Positions 56,328-64,000 of a stretch of 64,000 nucleotides of DNA are shown here, one piece after another. Position 1 is the first letter of the stretch. Every line of letters starts with the position of its first letter. The position numbers and the translations under genes are program-made. This DNA is from Bacilli bacterium (lineage in GTDB: Bacteria > Bacillota_I > Bacilli_A > RFN20 > CAG-826), in assembly GCA_017540455.1 (NCBI GenBank), contig JAFYAZ010000034.1, positions 25,146 to 89,145 of the forward strand. The letters run 5' to 3'. The notes beneath the pieces are model-generated. The model made no database searches. It was not told the DNA's origin and saw only the letters and a list, made by a program, of their open reading frames with translations.

Positions 56328-56942
56328 TTACTTTTCCTCCAATAACTGTTTTGAGACCATTTCAACCGCTTGAGGGAGAATCTTCCATTCGGCTTCTTCC
56401 ATGACGCGGCGCTGTAAGATTTCTGGGGTGTCCCCTTCTTTTACTTCGACCGCCTTCTGAAGGATGATCTTTCCTCCATCGGTGATCTCGTTGACGAAGT
56501 GGACTGTGGCGCCTGTGACCTTTACTCCTTTTGCAAGGGCGGCCTCATGAACATGAAGTCCATAGAAGCCATCGCCGCAGAAGGATGGGATGAGGGATGG
56601 GTGAACGTTGATGATTCGGTTAGGATATTCCTTTACGAATCTCTCTGAGAGAATGGCTAAGAATCCGGCAAGAACGATGAGGTCGATGTCTCTTTCCTTT
56701 AGAGCCTTCAAGAGAGCGTCTTCGAAGGCTTCTTGGGAACCGAGTTCTTTCTTTAGGAGGACTAGCGATTCGATGTTATGGTTCTTCGCTCTTTCTAAGG
56801 CATAGACGTCTTTTTTGTTTGAGACGACGAGGGTGACCTTTCCAGAAAGGATGATTCCTTTGTCGATTGCGTCAAGAATCGCCTGGAGGTTGGTGCCTCC
56901 CCCTGAAACGAAGACTGCGATGTTAGCTAATTCTTTTTTCAT
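56328..56942 (-). CDS. purN: phosphoribosylglycinamide formyltransferase
   Basis: The track ORF extends to 57020. The start is placed at MKKELANIAVFVSGGGTNLQAIL (56942), 4 nt after the purM stop. NHGSL-type formyltransferase. Confidence 0.85.
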   Translation of the reverse strand: MKKELANIAVFVSGGGTNLQAILDAIDKGIILSGKVTLVVSNKKDVYALERAKNHNIESLVLLKKELGSQEAFEDALLKALKERDIDLIVLAGFLAILSERFVKEYPNRIINVHPSLIPSFCGDGFYGLHVHEAALAKGVKVTGATVHFVNEITDGGKIILQKAVEVKEGDTPEILQRRVMEEAEWKILPQAVEMVSKQLLEEK

Positions 56943-56946
56943 TGTC

Positions 56947-57996
56947 TTAGAGATTGATTTCGATCTTTTCGTCGCTAGTTGATTTTTCGATATGGCCGAT
57001 GACGTAAGCGTCTTCGCCATGGGCTTTTAAGATGGCAAGGGATTTCTCGACGTCCTCTGGTTTGACGATGATGGACATGCCGACACCCATGTTGTAGGTG
57101 TTGAACATATCTCTTTCTGGGATGTTTCCCTTTGACTGGATGAGTTTGAAGATCGGGAGGACCTTGACGTCTTCTTTCTTGATGACGACTTTAAGTCCGT
57201 CTGGGATGGAGCGAGGCATATTCTCATAGAAGCCTCCTCCCGTGATATGGGAGATGCCTTTGACCTCGACTTCATCAAGAAGGGCGAGGACTGGTTTGAC
57301 ATAGATTTTGGTTGGGGTGAGAAGGGTCTCGCCAAGAGACTTTCCACCAAGTTCTGGGAGAGGTTTCTTGATGTCAGCGTTCTCAATATCGAAGACTTTT
57401 CTGACAAGGGAGAAGCCGTTGGAGTGAACGCCGCTAGATGGGAGAGCGATCATGACATCCCCTGCCGCCATCTTCTTGTTATCGATGACTTTGTCTTTGT
57501 CGACGATGCCGACTGAGAAACCGGCGAGGTCATATTCATCAACTGGGTAGAACCCTGGCATTTCTGCCGTTTCGCCACCGACGAGCTCGCTATGAGCCAT
57601 GACACAGCCATCGCAGATGCCAGAAACGATATCGGCGATCTTCTCTGGGTAGTTCTTGCCACAGGCGATGTAGTCAAGGAAGAAGAGAGGCTTGGCGCCG
57701 CAGCAGATGACGTCATTGACGCACATGGCGACGCAGTCGATGCCGACGGTGTCATGCTTGTCCATCAAGAAAGCGATCTTGAGTTTGGTGCCAACGCCAT
57801 CGGTTCCTGAAACGAGGATTGGATGTTTGTAGCCTTCGAGGTCAAGGGTGAAAAGTCCGCCGAATCCGCCAATATCGTCTGGTTTGGCCTGGACGATGGT
57901 TCTGGCGATATGAGCCTTCATGAGCTCAACGGCCTTGTATCCTGCCGTGATGTCTACGCCTGCAGCTGCGTATGATTCTGATTTTGAGTTTTTCAT
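56947..57996 (-). CDS. purM: phosphoribosylformylglycinamidine cyclo-ligase (AIR synthetase)
   Basis: 349 aa. AIRS N- and C-terminal domains. Confidence 0.9.
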   Translation of the reverse strand: MKNSKSESYAAAGVDITAGYKAVELMKAHIARTIVQAKPDDIGGFGGLFTLDLEGYKHPILVSGTDGVGTKLKIAFLMDKHDTVGIDCVAMCVNDVICCGAKPLFFLDYIACGKNYPEKIADIVSGICDGCVMAHSELVGGETAEMPGFYPVDEYDLAGFSVGIVDKDKVIDNKKMAAGDVMIALPSSGVHSNGFSLVRKVFDIENADIKKPLPELGGKSLGETLLTPTKIYVKPVLALLDEVEVKGISHITGGGFYENMPRSIPDGLKVVIKKEDVKVLPIFKLIQSKGNIPERDMFNTYNMGVGMSIIVKPEDVEKSLAILKAHGEDAYVIGHIEKSTSDEKIEINL

Positions 57997-58011
57997 GTTT
58001 CTCTCCCCTAC

Positions 58012-59430
58012 TTATTCTTTATCTGAGATCTTGTTTTCAAATCTTGATTTTCTTGTGTCGCTAGGAATCGCCGTTGGGTAACTTCCATCGAAGCAAGCCG
58101 TGCAGCATTCCCCTCCCGCGATGTCCTTGACGTTTTCGACCGAGAGGAAGCCTAGCGAATCCGCGCCGATGATCTTCGCGATTTCCTCCACCGAATGGTG
58201 GCAGGCGATGAGGTAATCCCTCGAATCGATGTCCGTGCCATAGTAGCAAGGATTGAGGAAGGTCGGCGACGATATCCTCATGTGGATTTCTTTGGCGCCC
58301 GCATCGCGAAGAAGCTTGATTGTCTTCTTGCTTGTCGTGCCTCTGACGATTGAGTCATCGATGACCACCACTCGCTTGCCTTTGACGACCGAGGAGACAG
58401 GATTGAGCTTGAGTTTGACTTTGTCTTCTCTGTTATCTTGGCCGGGAGCGATGAACGTGCGGCCGATGTATTTGTTTTTGATATATCCGATTTCGTAAGG
58501 AATGCCCGATTCCTTTGAATAACCGATCGCGGCATCAAGACCGGAATCCGGGACACCGATGACGATATCGGCTTCGACTGGATGGGATTTTGCGAGGTAT
58601 TCGCCCGCTTTGACCCTGGCGGAATGGACGGAGATGCCATCGATCACTGAGTCAGGTCTGGCGAAATAGACGAATTCGAAGGCGCAGATGTGCTTCTTTT
58701 GCTTGCCGCAGTGCGTCTTGATTGAGTGAACGCCGTCCTTGTCGAAATAGACGACTTCGCCTGGGAGGACGTCACGGACGAACTTGGCGCCGACGGAATC
58801 GAGGGCGCAGGTTTCGCTAGCGGCGATATAGGTGCCATCGTCTCTCACGCCATAGCAAAGAGGCCTGAAACCGAATGGGTCACGGGCGATGACGAGTTTT
58901 GTCGGTGACATCAAAACAAGAGAATAGGAACCCTTGATGGTGTACATCGCGCGTTCCACCGCCTCTTCGATTGAGTTCGAGGTGATTCTTTCTCTGGTGA
59001 CTATGTAGGAAATGACCTCAGTGTCTGAGGTTGTATGGAAGATTGAGCCTTGGAGTTCAAGCTGGGAGCGGAGTTCCAAGGAGTTGGTGATATTGCCATT
59101 GTGGGCGATGGCGATATGGCCATGGATATGATTGACGACAAGAGGCTGGGCGTTATGCCTATCTGTGCAGCCTGTGGTGCCATATCTGACATGACCGACG
59201 GCGATGTTTCCTTGTCCAAGGCGGGCAAGGTGGCGTTCGGTGAAGACCTCTTCGACAAGGCCTAAGTCTTTGTATGTCGAGAAAACGCCATCGTCACAGA
59301 CGACGATGCCGCAGGACTCTTGTCCACGGTGCTGGAGGGCGAATAAACCGTAGTATGCGGTTCTGGCGACGTCTTGCTTTGCTGGCGAATAGACGCCGAA
59401 GATTCCGCATTCTTCATGTAACGATGACAT
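58012..59430 (-). CDS. purF: amidophosphoribosyltransferase (canonical, with propeptide and Cys1)
   Basis: 472 aa. MSSLHEE propeptide followed by CGIFGVYS...[10 protein letters not shown], PRTase DDSIVRGTT, and C-terminal Fe-S cysteines [10 protein letters not shown]. Confidence 0.9.
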   Translation of the reverse strand: MSSLHEECGIFGVYSPAKQDVARTAYYGLFALQHRGQESCGIVVCDDGVFSTYKDLGLVEEVFTERHLARLGQGNIAVGHVRYGTTGCTDRHNAQPLVVNHIHGHIAIAHNGNITNSLELRSQLELQGSIFHTTSDTEVISYIVTRERITSNSIEEAVERAMYTIKGSYSLVLMSPTKLVIARDPFGFRPLCYGVRDDGTYIAASETCALDSVGAKFVRDVLPGEVVYFDKDGVHSIKTHCGKQKKHICAFEFVYFARPDSVIDGISVHSARVKAGEYLAKSHPVEADIVIGVPDSGLDAAIGYSKESGIPYEIGYIKNKYIGRTFIAPGQDNREDKVKLKLNPVSSVVKGKRVVVIDDSIVRGTTSKKTIKLLRDAGAKEIHMRISSPTFLNPCYYGTDIDSRDYLIACHHSVEEIAKIIGADSLGFLSVENVKDIAGGECCTACFDGSYPTAIPSDTRKSRFENKISDKE

Positions 59431-59462
59431 TCTCTTACCCTCCTTCCCTTATGTTTGTTTGC

Positions 59463-59957
59463 TTATTTGTTAAAGGTTTCTGCGATTTCCTTATCTTTTT
59501 CGAGGGCGGCTTTTGCTCCTTCTTCTCTAAGGGCAACGAGCTTGGCGTCAAGCTCTTTGTCGCTTAAGGCGAGGATTTCCGCGGCTAAGAGGGCAGCGTT
59601 CTTCGCTCCGTCGATCGCGACGGTCGCGACTGGAATCCCGGAAGGCATCATGACGGTTGAGAGAAGGGCGTCCATGCCATCAAGCGCGGCGGATTTGCAA
59701 GGGATACCAATGACTGGAAGGGTGGTTCTTGCAGCGATTGCGCCCGCTAAGTGAGCGGCCATGCCCGCTGCTGCGATGAGGACCCCGAAGCCGTTTGCCT
59801 TTGCGCTAGCGGCAAAGGTCCCCGCTTCTTCTGGAGTTCTATGAGCCGAATAGACGTGAGCCTCATAAGGAACGCCAAGGGCATCGAGTTGCTCGAATGC
59901 TTTCTTGAGGATTGGAAGATCGCTCGCGCTTCCCATGATGATTCCGACTTTCTTCAT
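59463..59957 (-). CDS. purE: N5-carboxyaminoimidazole ribonucleotide mutase
   Basis: 164 aa. GSASDLP...AHLAG motifs. First gene of the operon with SD GGAGGAAAACCAAT-ATG. Confidence 0.9.
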   Translation of the reverse strand: MKKVGIIMGSASDLPILKKAFEQLDALGVPYEAHVYSAHRTPEEAGTFAASAKANGFGVLIAAAGMAAHLAGAIAARTTLPVIGIPCKSAALDGMDALLSTVMMPSGIPVATVAIDGAKNAALLAAEILALSDKELDAKLVALREEGAKAALEKDKEIAETFNK

Positions 59958-60017
59958 ATTGGTTTTCCTCCAAAAAATAAAAAGACACGCTGCTAGAAAA
60001 TGACGACAAAGATCAAT

Positions 60018-60115
60018 TCTACGAGTGTGCCCAGACGGTCGACGTAATTACTGAATTTTTATTATTGCTCCACTGCGTTAATTCGCATCTACCGTCAGTC
60101 ACAATAATACTTTCG
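60018..60115 (-). promoter_or_regulatory. candidate ZTP (pfl-motif) riboswitch in the purE leader, with overlapping terminator-like expression platform down to about 59975
   Basis: Minus-strand transcript is GUAUUAUUGUGACUGACGGUAGAUGCGAAUUAACGCAGUGGAGCAAUAAUA...(19-nt linker)...CGACCGUCUGGGCACACUCGUAG. It has a P1 helix AUUAUUG/CAAUAAU and a UGACUG-ACGG segment that resembles the conserved UGACUGGCG. A P2 hairpin UGCG-aauuaa-CGCA is followed by GUGGAGC. The 3' CCGUC-UGGGCA can pseudoknot with GACGG and shows covariation relative to GGCG/CGCC. A downstream imperfect hairpin CACACUCGUAGAA...UUCUAGCAGCGUG is followed by UCUUUUUAUUUUUU. Confidence 0.45.
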
Positions 60116-60190
60116 ATTTTCAGTACATGGATAATTTATTTTATTTATAAAAGATATTCAATGTAATGCTCTCTGAAAGTGGTTACATAA

Positions 60191-60217
60191 AGAAAAAAGG
60201 CCCCTTTTGAGAGGCCT
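60191..60217 (-). terminator. terminator of the ACT/UPF0210 operon
   Basis: Minus strand reads AGGCC-ucucaaaagg-GGCCU followed by UUUUUUCUUU. Confidence 0.55.
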
Positions 60218-60228
60218 AATTGTAAGCG

Positions 60229-61602
60229 TTAGTTCTTAAGAGAATTAAGAGGTGCCGGTATCTGACCGCCACGGTCGATGAAGGTCTTTGGGGACTGACG
60301 TCTGATGGCCATGATCGGAGCATGGCCAAGAAGCCCGCCGAAATTGAGCTCTTCCCCTTCTTTTCTGCCGATGGCTGGGATGACTCTCACCGCGGTTGTC
60401 TTGGAGTTGATCATGCCGATAGCCGCTTCATCGGCGATAAGGGCGGAAATCACTTCTGGAGTGGTGTCTCCTGGGATGACGATCATATCCAAACCGACTG
60501 AGCAAACAGCGGTCATCGCTTCAAGTTTCTCAATGCAAAGAGCGCCCGACTTCGCGGCGTCGATCATGCCTTGGTCTTCGCTCACCGGGATGAAAGCGCC
60601 TGACAATCCACCGACTCTCGAAGAGGCCATGACGCCTCCTTTTTTGACGGCGTCGTTAAGGATGGCAAGGCAGGCTGTCGTGCCGACTCCACCGCACTGT
60701 TCTAAGCCCATTTCCTCTAAGATGTGGGCGACCGAATCGCCAATCGCTGGGGTTGGGGCAAGGGAAAGGTCGACGATGCCGAATTCGACACCGAGCATCC
60801 TTGACGCTTCAACACCGACGAGTTGACCCATTCTCGTGACTTTGAAGGCGGTCTTTTTGATGACGTCGGCGATCTCGGAGATCGAAGCGTCTTTTGGGCA
60901 TTTGGCAACGGCTGCGCGGACTGCGCCTGGGCCGCTCACGCCTACATTGATGACGCAATCGGCTTCACCAATGCCATGGAAGGCGCCAGCCATGAATGGG
61001 TTATCCTCTACGGCATTGCAGAAAATAACCATCTTGGAGGCGGCGATGCATTCTCTATCTTTGGATAATTCGGCTGCTTCGAGGACTTTTTGGCCCATGA
61101 TTTTGACGGCGTCGAGATTGATGCCGGCACGGGTTGAGCCAACGTTGACCGAAGAGCAGACGAAAGAGGTTTCGTTTAAGGCCCTAGGAATCGAATCGAT
61201 GAGTTCTTTGTCGCCAGGAGCGAAGCCCTTTTGGACAAGGGCGCTATATCCGCCAATGAAATCGATGCCGATGTCTTTGGCGACTTTATCTAAGGTTTTC
61301 GCGTATAGGACAGGGTCTCCCCCAGAAACGCCGACAAGGATGGAGATTGGGGTGACCGAAACGCGCTTGTTGACGATCGGGATGCCGTATTTCTTGGAGA
61401 TCTCGTTTCCGACTTTCACGAGGTCTTTCGCATATCTATAGATTTTGTTGTAGACCTTCTCGCATGACTTATTGATATCGTTATCGATGCAATCGACTAG
61501 CGAAATGCCCATCGTGATGGTTCTCACGTCGAGGTTCTCTTCCTCGATCATGCGTATGGTCTCAATAATCTCGTCTCTATTGTTGATCATTTTTCTCACC
61601 AA
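60229..61602 (-). CDS. UPF0210 (DUF711) family protein
   Basis: 457 aa. The N-terminus [22 protein letters not shown] and overall length match the UPF0210 family of unknown function, conserved in Firmicutes and archaea. Confidence 0.7.
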   Translation of the reverse strand: MVRKMINNRDEIIETIRMIEEENLDVRTITMGISLVDCIDNDINKSCEKVYNKIYRYAKDLVKVGNEISKKYGIPIVNKRVSVTPISILVGVSGGDPVLYAKTLDKVAKDIGIDFIGGYSALVQKGFAPGDKELIDSIPRALNETSFVCSSVNVGSTRAGINLDAVKIMGQKVLEAAELSKDRECIAASKMVIFCNAVEDNPFMAGAFHGIGEADCVINVGVSGPGAVRAAVAKCPKDASISEIADVIKKTAFKVTRMGQLVGVEASRMLGVEFGIVDLSLAPTPAIGDSVAHILEEMGLEQCGGVGTTACLAILNDAVKKGGVMASSRVGGLSGAFIPVSEDQGMIDAAKSGALCIEKLEAMTAVCSVGLDMIVIPGDTTPEVISALIADEAAIGMINSKTTAVRVIPAIGRKEGEELNFGGLLGHAPIMAIRRQSPKTFIDRGGQIPAPLNSLKN

Positions 61603-61872
61603 TTAGATCTTGTGCATGAGGTTGAAGATGTCTTCATGCATGCATTCGATCTTGAGGTTCTTCTCCTCACCCACTTTGTGGATCTCATCAACGAAGGAGG
61701 TGAAATCGATCGTCAGGTTATCGATGCTGACAACCATGTACATTGTAAAGAGCTCACCGATGATGGTTTGGTTGACGTCTTGGATGTTGACTTTGTATTC
61801 TGCGCATTTGGTTGCGACAGCGGCTAAAATACCGACTGTATCTTTGCCAACGACTGAAATGATAGCTTTCAT
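61603..61872 (-). CDS. ACT-domain protein (UPF0237 family)
   Basis: 89 aa. MKAIISVVGKDTVGILAAVATKCAEYKVNIQDVNQTI. The canonical partner gene sits immediately upstream of UPF0210. Confidence 0.75.
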   Translation of the reverse strand: MKAIISVVGKDTVGILAAVATKCAEYKVNIQDVNQTIIGELFTMYMVVSIDNLTIDFTSFVDEIHKVGEEKNLKIECMHEDIFNLMHKI

Positions 61873-62050
61873 GATAGGCTCCTTCTTCCACTCTTTTGGG
61901 GCTTTTGTCGTATAAATGATAGTCTAGAAAACCCCCTCTCGAAAACACGAAAAAAATATTTTTTAGATGAAAGCGCTTTTATCTTTATCGCCTCTTTTTT
62001 CCCTCACATAATGAGAAAGTGCAAAGAGCACGACATAAAGGGTAATTACT

Positions 62051-63454
62051 ATGGGCGGATTTTTCGGAGTTGTCAGCAAAAGCGATTGCGTATTTGATCT
62101 TTTCTACGGTGTCGACTACCACTCACATTTAGGCACGAGAAGAGGCGGTTTGGCCGTTTGGAAGGATGGCAAAATCAGCAAGGCGATCCACAAGATCGAG
62201 AACTCCCCTTTCAGAACCAAATTCGAGAAAGAAGCCATGGAGATGAAAGGCAACATGGGCATCGGATGCATTTCCGACTTCGATTCCCAGCCTCTCGTCG
62301 TGAGATCGAACCACGGCACTTACGCCATCACCTGCGTTGGCAAAATCAACAACGCCAAAGAACTCGAAGAGAAATTCCTTAGCAATAACGCCCACTTCCT
62401 TGAAACCTCAACCGGCGACATCAATAACACCGAGCTTGTCGCTAGCATCATCAACCAAAAGAAAAACCTCATCGAAGGTTTGCAATATGTCCAAGAAGTC
62501 ATTGAAGGCTCAATGACCGTCCTCCTTCTTAACGAAAAGGGCATCTACTGCTCTAGAGATAAATATGGCAGGACCCCTATCGTCATCGGCAAGAAAGACG
62601 GCGCTTATTGCGCTTCATTTGAATCTTTCGCCTTCCTTAATTTAGGATACACGCCTTATAAGAATCTCGGCCCAGGCGAAATCGCCGTCATCAATGCCGA
62701 GACAGGCCTTAGGACCTTAGTCGAACCAGGGAACAAGATGCGAATCTGCACCTTCCTTTGGATCTACTATGGCTACCCGTCAACCGTCTACGAAGGACTC
62801 TCAGTCGAGAAACTCAGGTGCAAGTGCGGCGAATTCATCGCGAAACGCGATAACGTCAAACCTGATTCCGTTGCCGGCGTCCCTGATTCCGGCCTTGGAG
62901 CCGCAATCGGCTACTCAAACGCCTCAGGAATCCCGTTCCAAAGACCATTTGTCAAATACACCCCTACTTGGCCTCGTTCCTTCATACCGACGATGCAGAC
63001 CAAACGCAACCTCATCGCCCACATGAAGCTCATCCCGATCCACGATTTGATCGAAGGCAAGAAGCTTCTTCTCATCGATGACTCGATCGTCAGAGGCACC
63101 CAGATGAGAGAGACGACGGAATTCCTATATAAGTCCGGCGCCGCTGAGGTTCATGTCCGTTCCTCATGCCCTCCAATCCTTTATGGCTGCAAATACCTCA
63201 ACTTCTCCGTTTCGACTAGCGATATGGACCTTATTGCAAGACGCGCCATCATGGAACTTGAAGGAAACGTTGAGCCAGAAACGATCAAGAAGTATCTCAA
63301 CCCAGATGGCAAAGAATACGCCAACATGGTCGAGTGCATTCGCAAAAAGCTCAACTTCACATCCCTTGGCTACATGAGACTCGATGATCTCAAAGAAGCC
63401 GTCGAGATGGATCCTGAAAAGATCTGCACCTACTGCTGGGATGGCAGAGAATAA
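62051..63454 (+). CDS. amidophosphoribosyltransferase paralog lacking the N-terminal catalytic cysteine (PurF-like)
   Basis: 467 aa and full-length collinear with PurF. Begins MGGFFGVVSKSD, where canonical PurF has (M)CGI(F/V)G. An in-frame TAA 15 nt upstream excludes a longer N-terminus. It retains the PRTase motif [13 protein letters not shown] and Fe-S ligand-like cysteines (ICTFLW, SSCPP, CTYCWDG). SD AAAGGG lies 9 nt upstream. Confidence 0.75.
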   Translation: MGGFFGVVSKSDCVFDLFYGVDYHSHLGTRRGGLAVWKDGKISKAIHKIENSPFRTKFEKEAMEMKGNMGIGCISDFDSQPLVVRSNHGTYAITCVGKINNAKELEEKFLSNNAHFLETSTGDINNTELVASIINQKKNLIEGLQYVQEVIEGSMTVLLLNEKGIYCSRDKYGRTPIVIGKKDGAYCASFESFAFLNLGYTPYKNLGPGEIAVINAETGLRTLVEPGNKMRICTFLWIYYGYPSTVYEGLSVEKLRCKCGEFIAKRDNVKPDSVAGVPDSGLGAAIGYSNASGIPFQRPFVKYTPTWPRSFIPTMQTKRNLIAHMKLIPIHDLIEGKKLLLIDDSIVRGTQMRETTEFLYKSGAAEVHVRSSCPPILYGCKYLNFSVSTSDMDLIARRAIMELEGNVEPETIKKYLNPDGKEYANMVECIRKKLNFTSLGYMRLDDLKEAVEMDPEKICTYCWDGRE

Positions 63455-63461
63455 ATAATAA

Positions 63462-63492
63462 AAAAAGGCCCGTATTCATACGGGTCTTTTAA
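63462..63492. terminator. bidirectional terminator between the PurF-like gene and convergent purC
   Basis: AAAAAAAGGCCCGTATTCATACGGGTCTTTTAATTT. Confidence 0.7.
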
Positions 63493-63503
63493 TTTGCGGT
63501 TTT

Positions 63504-64000
63504 TTATTTGAGAGGCTTGCCGGTTAAGAGTTCGTAACCCTGGAGATATTTAGCGATGGTTTTCTCAACGACCTCTTCTGGAAGGGTCCAGTCATGATCA
63601 TGGGACTTAAGCCAATCTCTGGCGAATTGCTTATCGAAGGATGGCTGGCTCTTTCCTCTTTCGTATCCTTCAAGAGGCCAGAATCTCGATGAATCTGGGG
63701 TGAGCATTTCATCAGCGACGACAACTTCACCATTCTCATCGAGGCCGAATTCGAATTTGGTGTCGGCGATGATGATGCCTTTTGTGAGGGCGTAGTCAGC
63801 GCATTTCTTATATAGGGCGATGGTGTATTCCTTTAATTTGGTCGCGTATTCAAGGCCTTTGCCTGGGAATTCCTTTTCAAGAACCTCAACCGATCTTTCG
63901 AAGGAGATGTTCTCGTCGTGATCGCCGATCTCCGCTTTGGTGGATGGGGTGTAGATCGGTTCAGGAAGCTTATCGGATTCCACTAAACCTTTTGGAAGGG
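63504..64000 (-). CDS. purC: SAICAR synthetase, C-terminal part (N-terminus beyond window end)
   Basis: The reading frame stays open to position 64000. ...[24 protein letters not shown]...TPDSSRFW matches the PurC core. The track start at 63983 is only a GTG artefact. Confidence 0.85.
   Translation of the reverse strand, partial: LPKGLVESDKLPEPIYTPSTKAEIGDHDENISFERSVEVLEKEFPGKGLEYATKLKEYTIALYKKCADYALTKGIIIADTKFEFGLDENGEVVVADEMLTPDSSRFWPLEGYERGKSQPSFDKQFARDWLKSHDHDWTLPEEVVEKTIAKYLQGYELLTGKPLK

Noticed and set aside
59958-60228. Guanine/adenine (xpt-type) purine riboswitch or PurR PurBox in the purE leader
   Set aside because: The leader lacks the conserved UAUA...UGGCAC...UCUACC...CCGUAAAU...CGACUAUG elements of the purine aptamer. 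I see no clear PurBox. The motifs present fit a ZTP-type element better.
1-64000. CRISPR arrays, prophage, integrase/transposase, rRNA operon
   Set aside because: No direct repeat-spacer arrays, no recombinase-like ORFs and no rRNA-like sequence are visible in this window.

Overview
This 64-kb window is a chromosomal region from a low-GC, Firmicutes-type organism that uses the standard genetic code; several TGA stops sit in ATGA overlaps. It is rich in lipoproteins with Cys lipoboxes, a feature reminiscent of Erysipelotrichia and Mollicutes-related lineages. Most genes lie on the minus strand.

In coordinate order, the content is:
- Start of the window: cysE, a membrane protein, a Big_2 lipoprotein, a CotH-family lipoprotein, a TfoX-like gene and tRNA-Thr.
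- A rimO, galT, galM, alcohol dehydrogenase and MATE efflux block.
- A surface-anchored endonuclease I and pncB.
- A MacB/FtsX ABC pair and a beta-helix lipoprotein.
- pepC and pepT.
- An XRE plus small-membrane-protein pair with tandem operators.
- tRNA-Gln(CUG).
- A His/Cys-rich permease operon with an ATGA-coupled micro-ORF, opposite a divergent Mrp/NBP35 gene.
- An AbrB, ABC-2 transporter and lipoprotein operon.
- A LytTR two-component system with an upstream small TM peptide.
- tRNA-His.
- rex, trmH, a GT4 glycosyltransferase, an unusual TPM-like protein, and plsC with a DAG kinase.
- A RelE/RelB-type TA pair.
- Further lipoproteins and a lipase.
- A roughly 14-kb purine operon on the minus strand: purE-purF-purM-purN-purO(IMP cyclohydrolase)-purB-purH(AICARFT only)-purD-purL-fhs.
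- The start of purC at the window end.

The most interesting observations are:
- A probable ZTP (pfl-motif) riboswitch in the leader of the pur-fhs operon.
- A PurF paralog whose N-terminal catalytic Cys is replaced by Gly. It sits divergent from an ACT(UPF0237)/UPF0210 pair immediately upstream of the pur operon.
- A split purH: an AICAR-transformylase-only PurH plus a PurO-type IMP cyclohydrolase.
- A roughly 300-bp structured, terminator-flanked intergenic region between the LytTR TCS and the AbrB-ABC operon that looks like an sRNA gene.

No CRISPR arrays, rRNA genes, integrases or transposases were seen.
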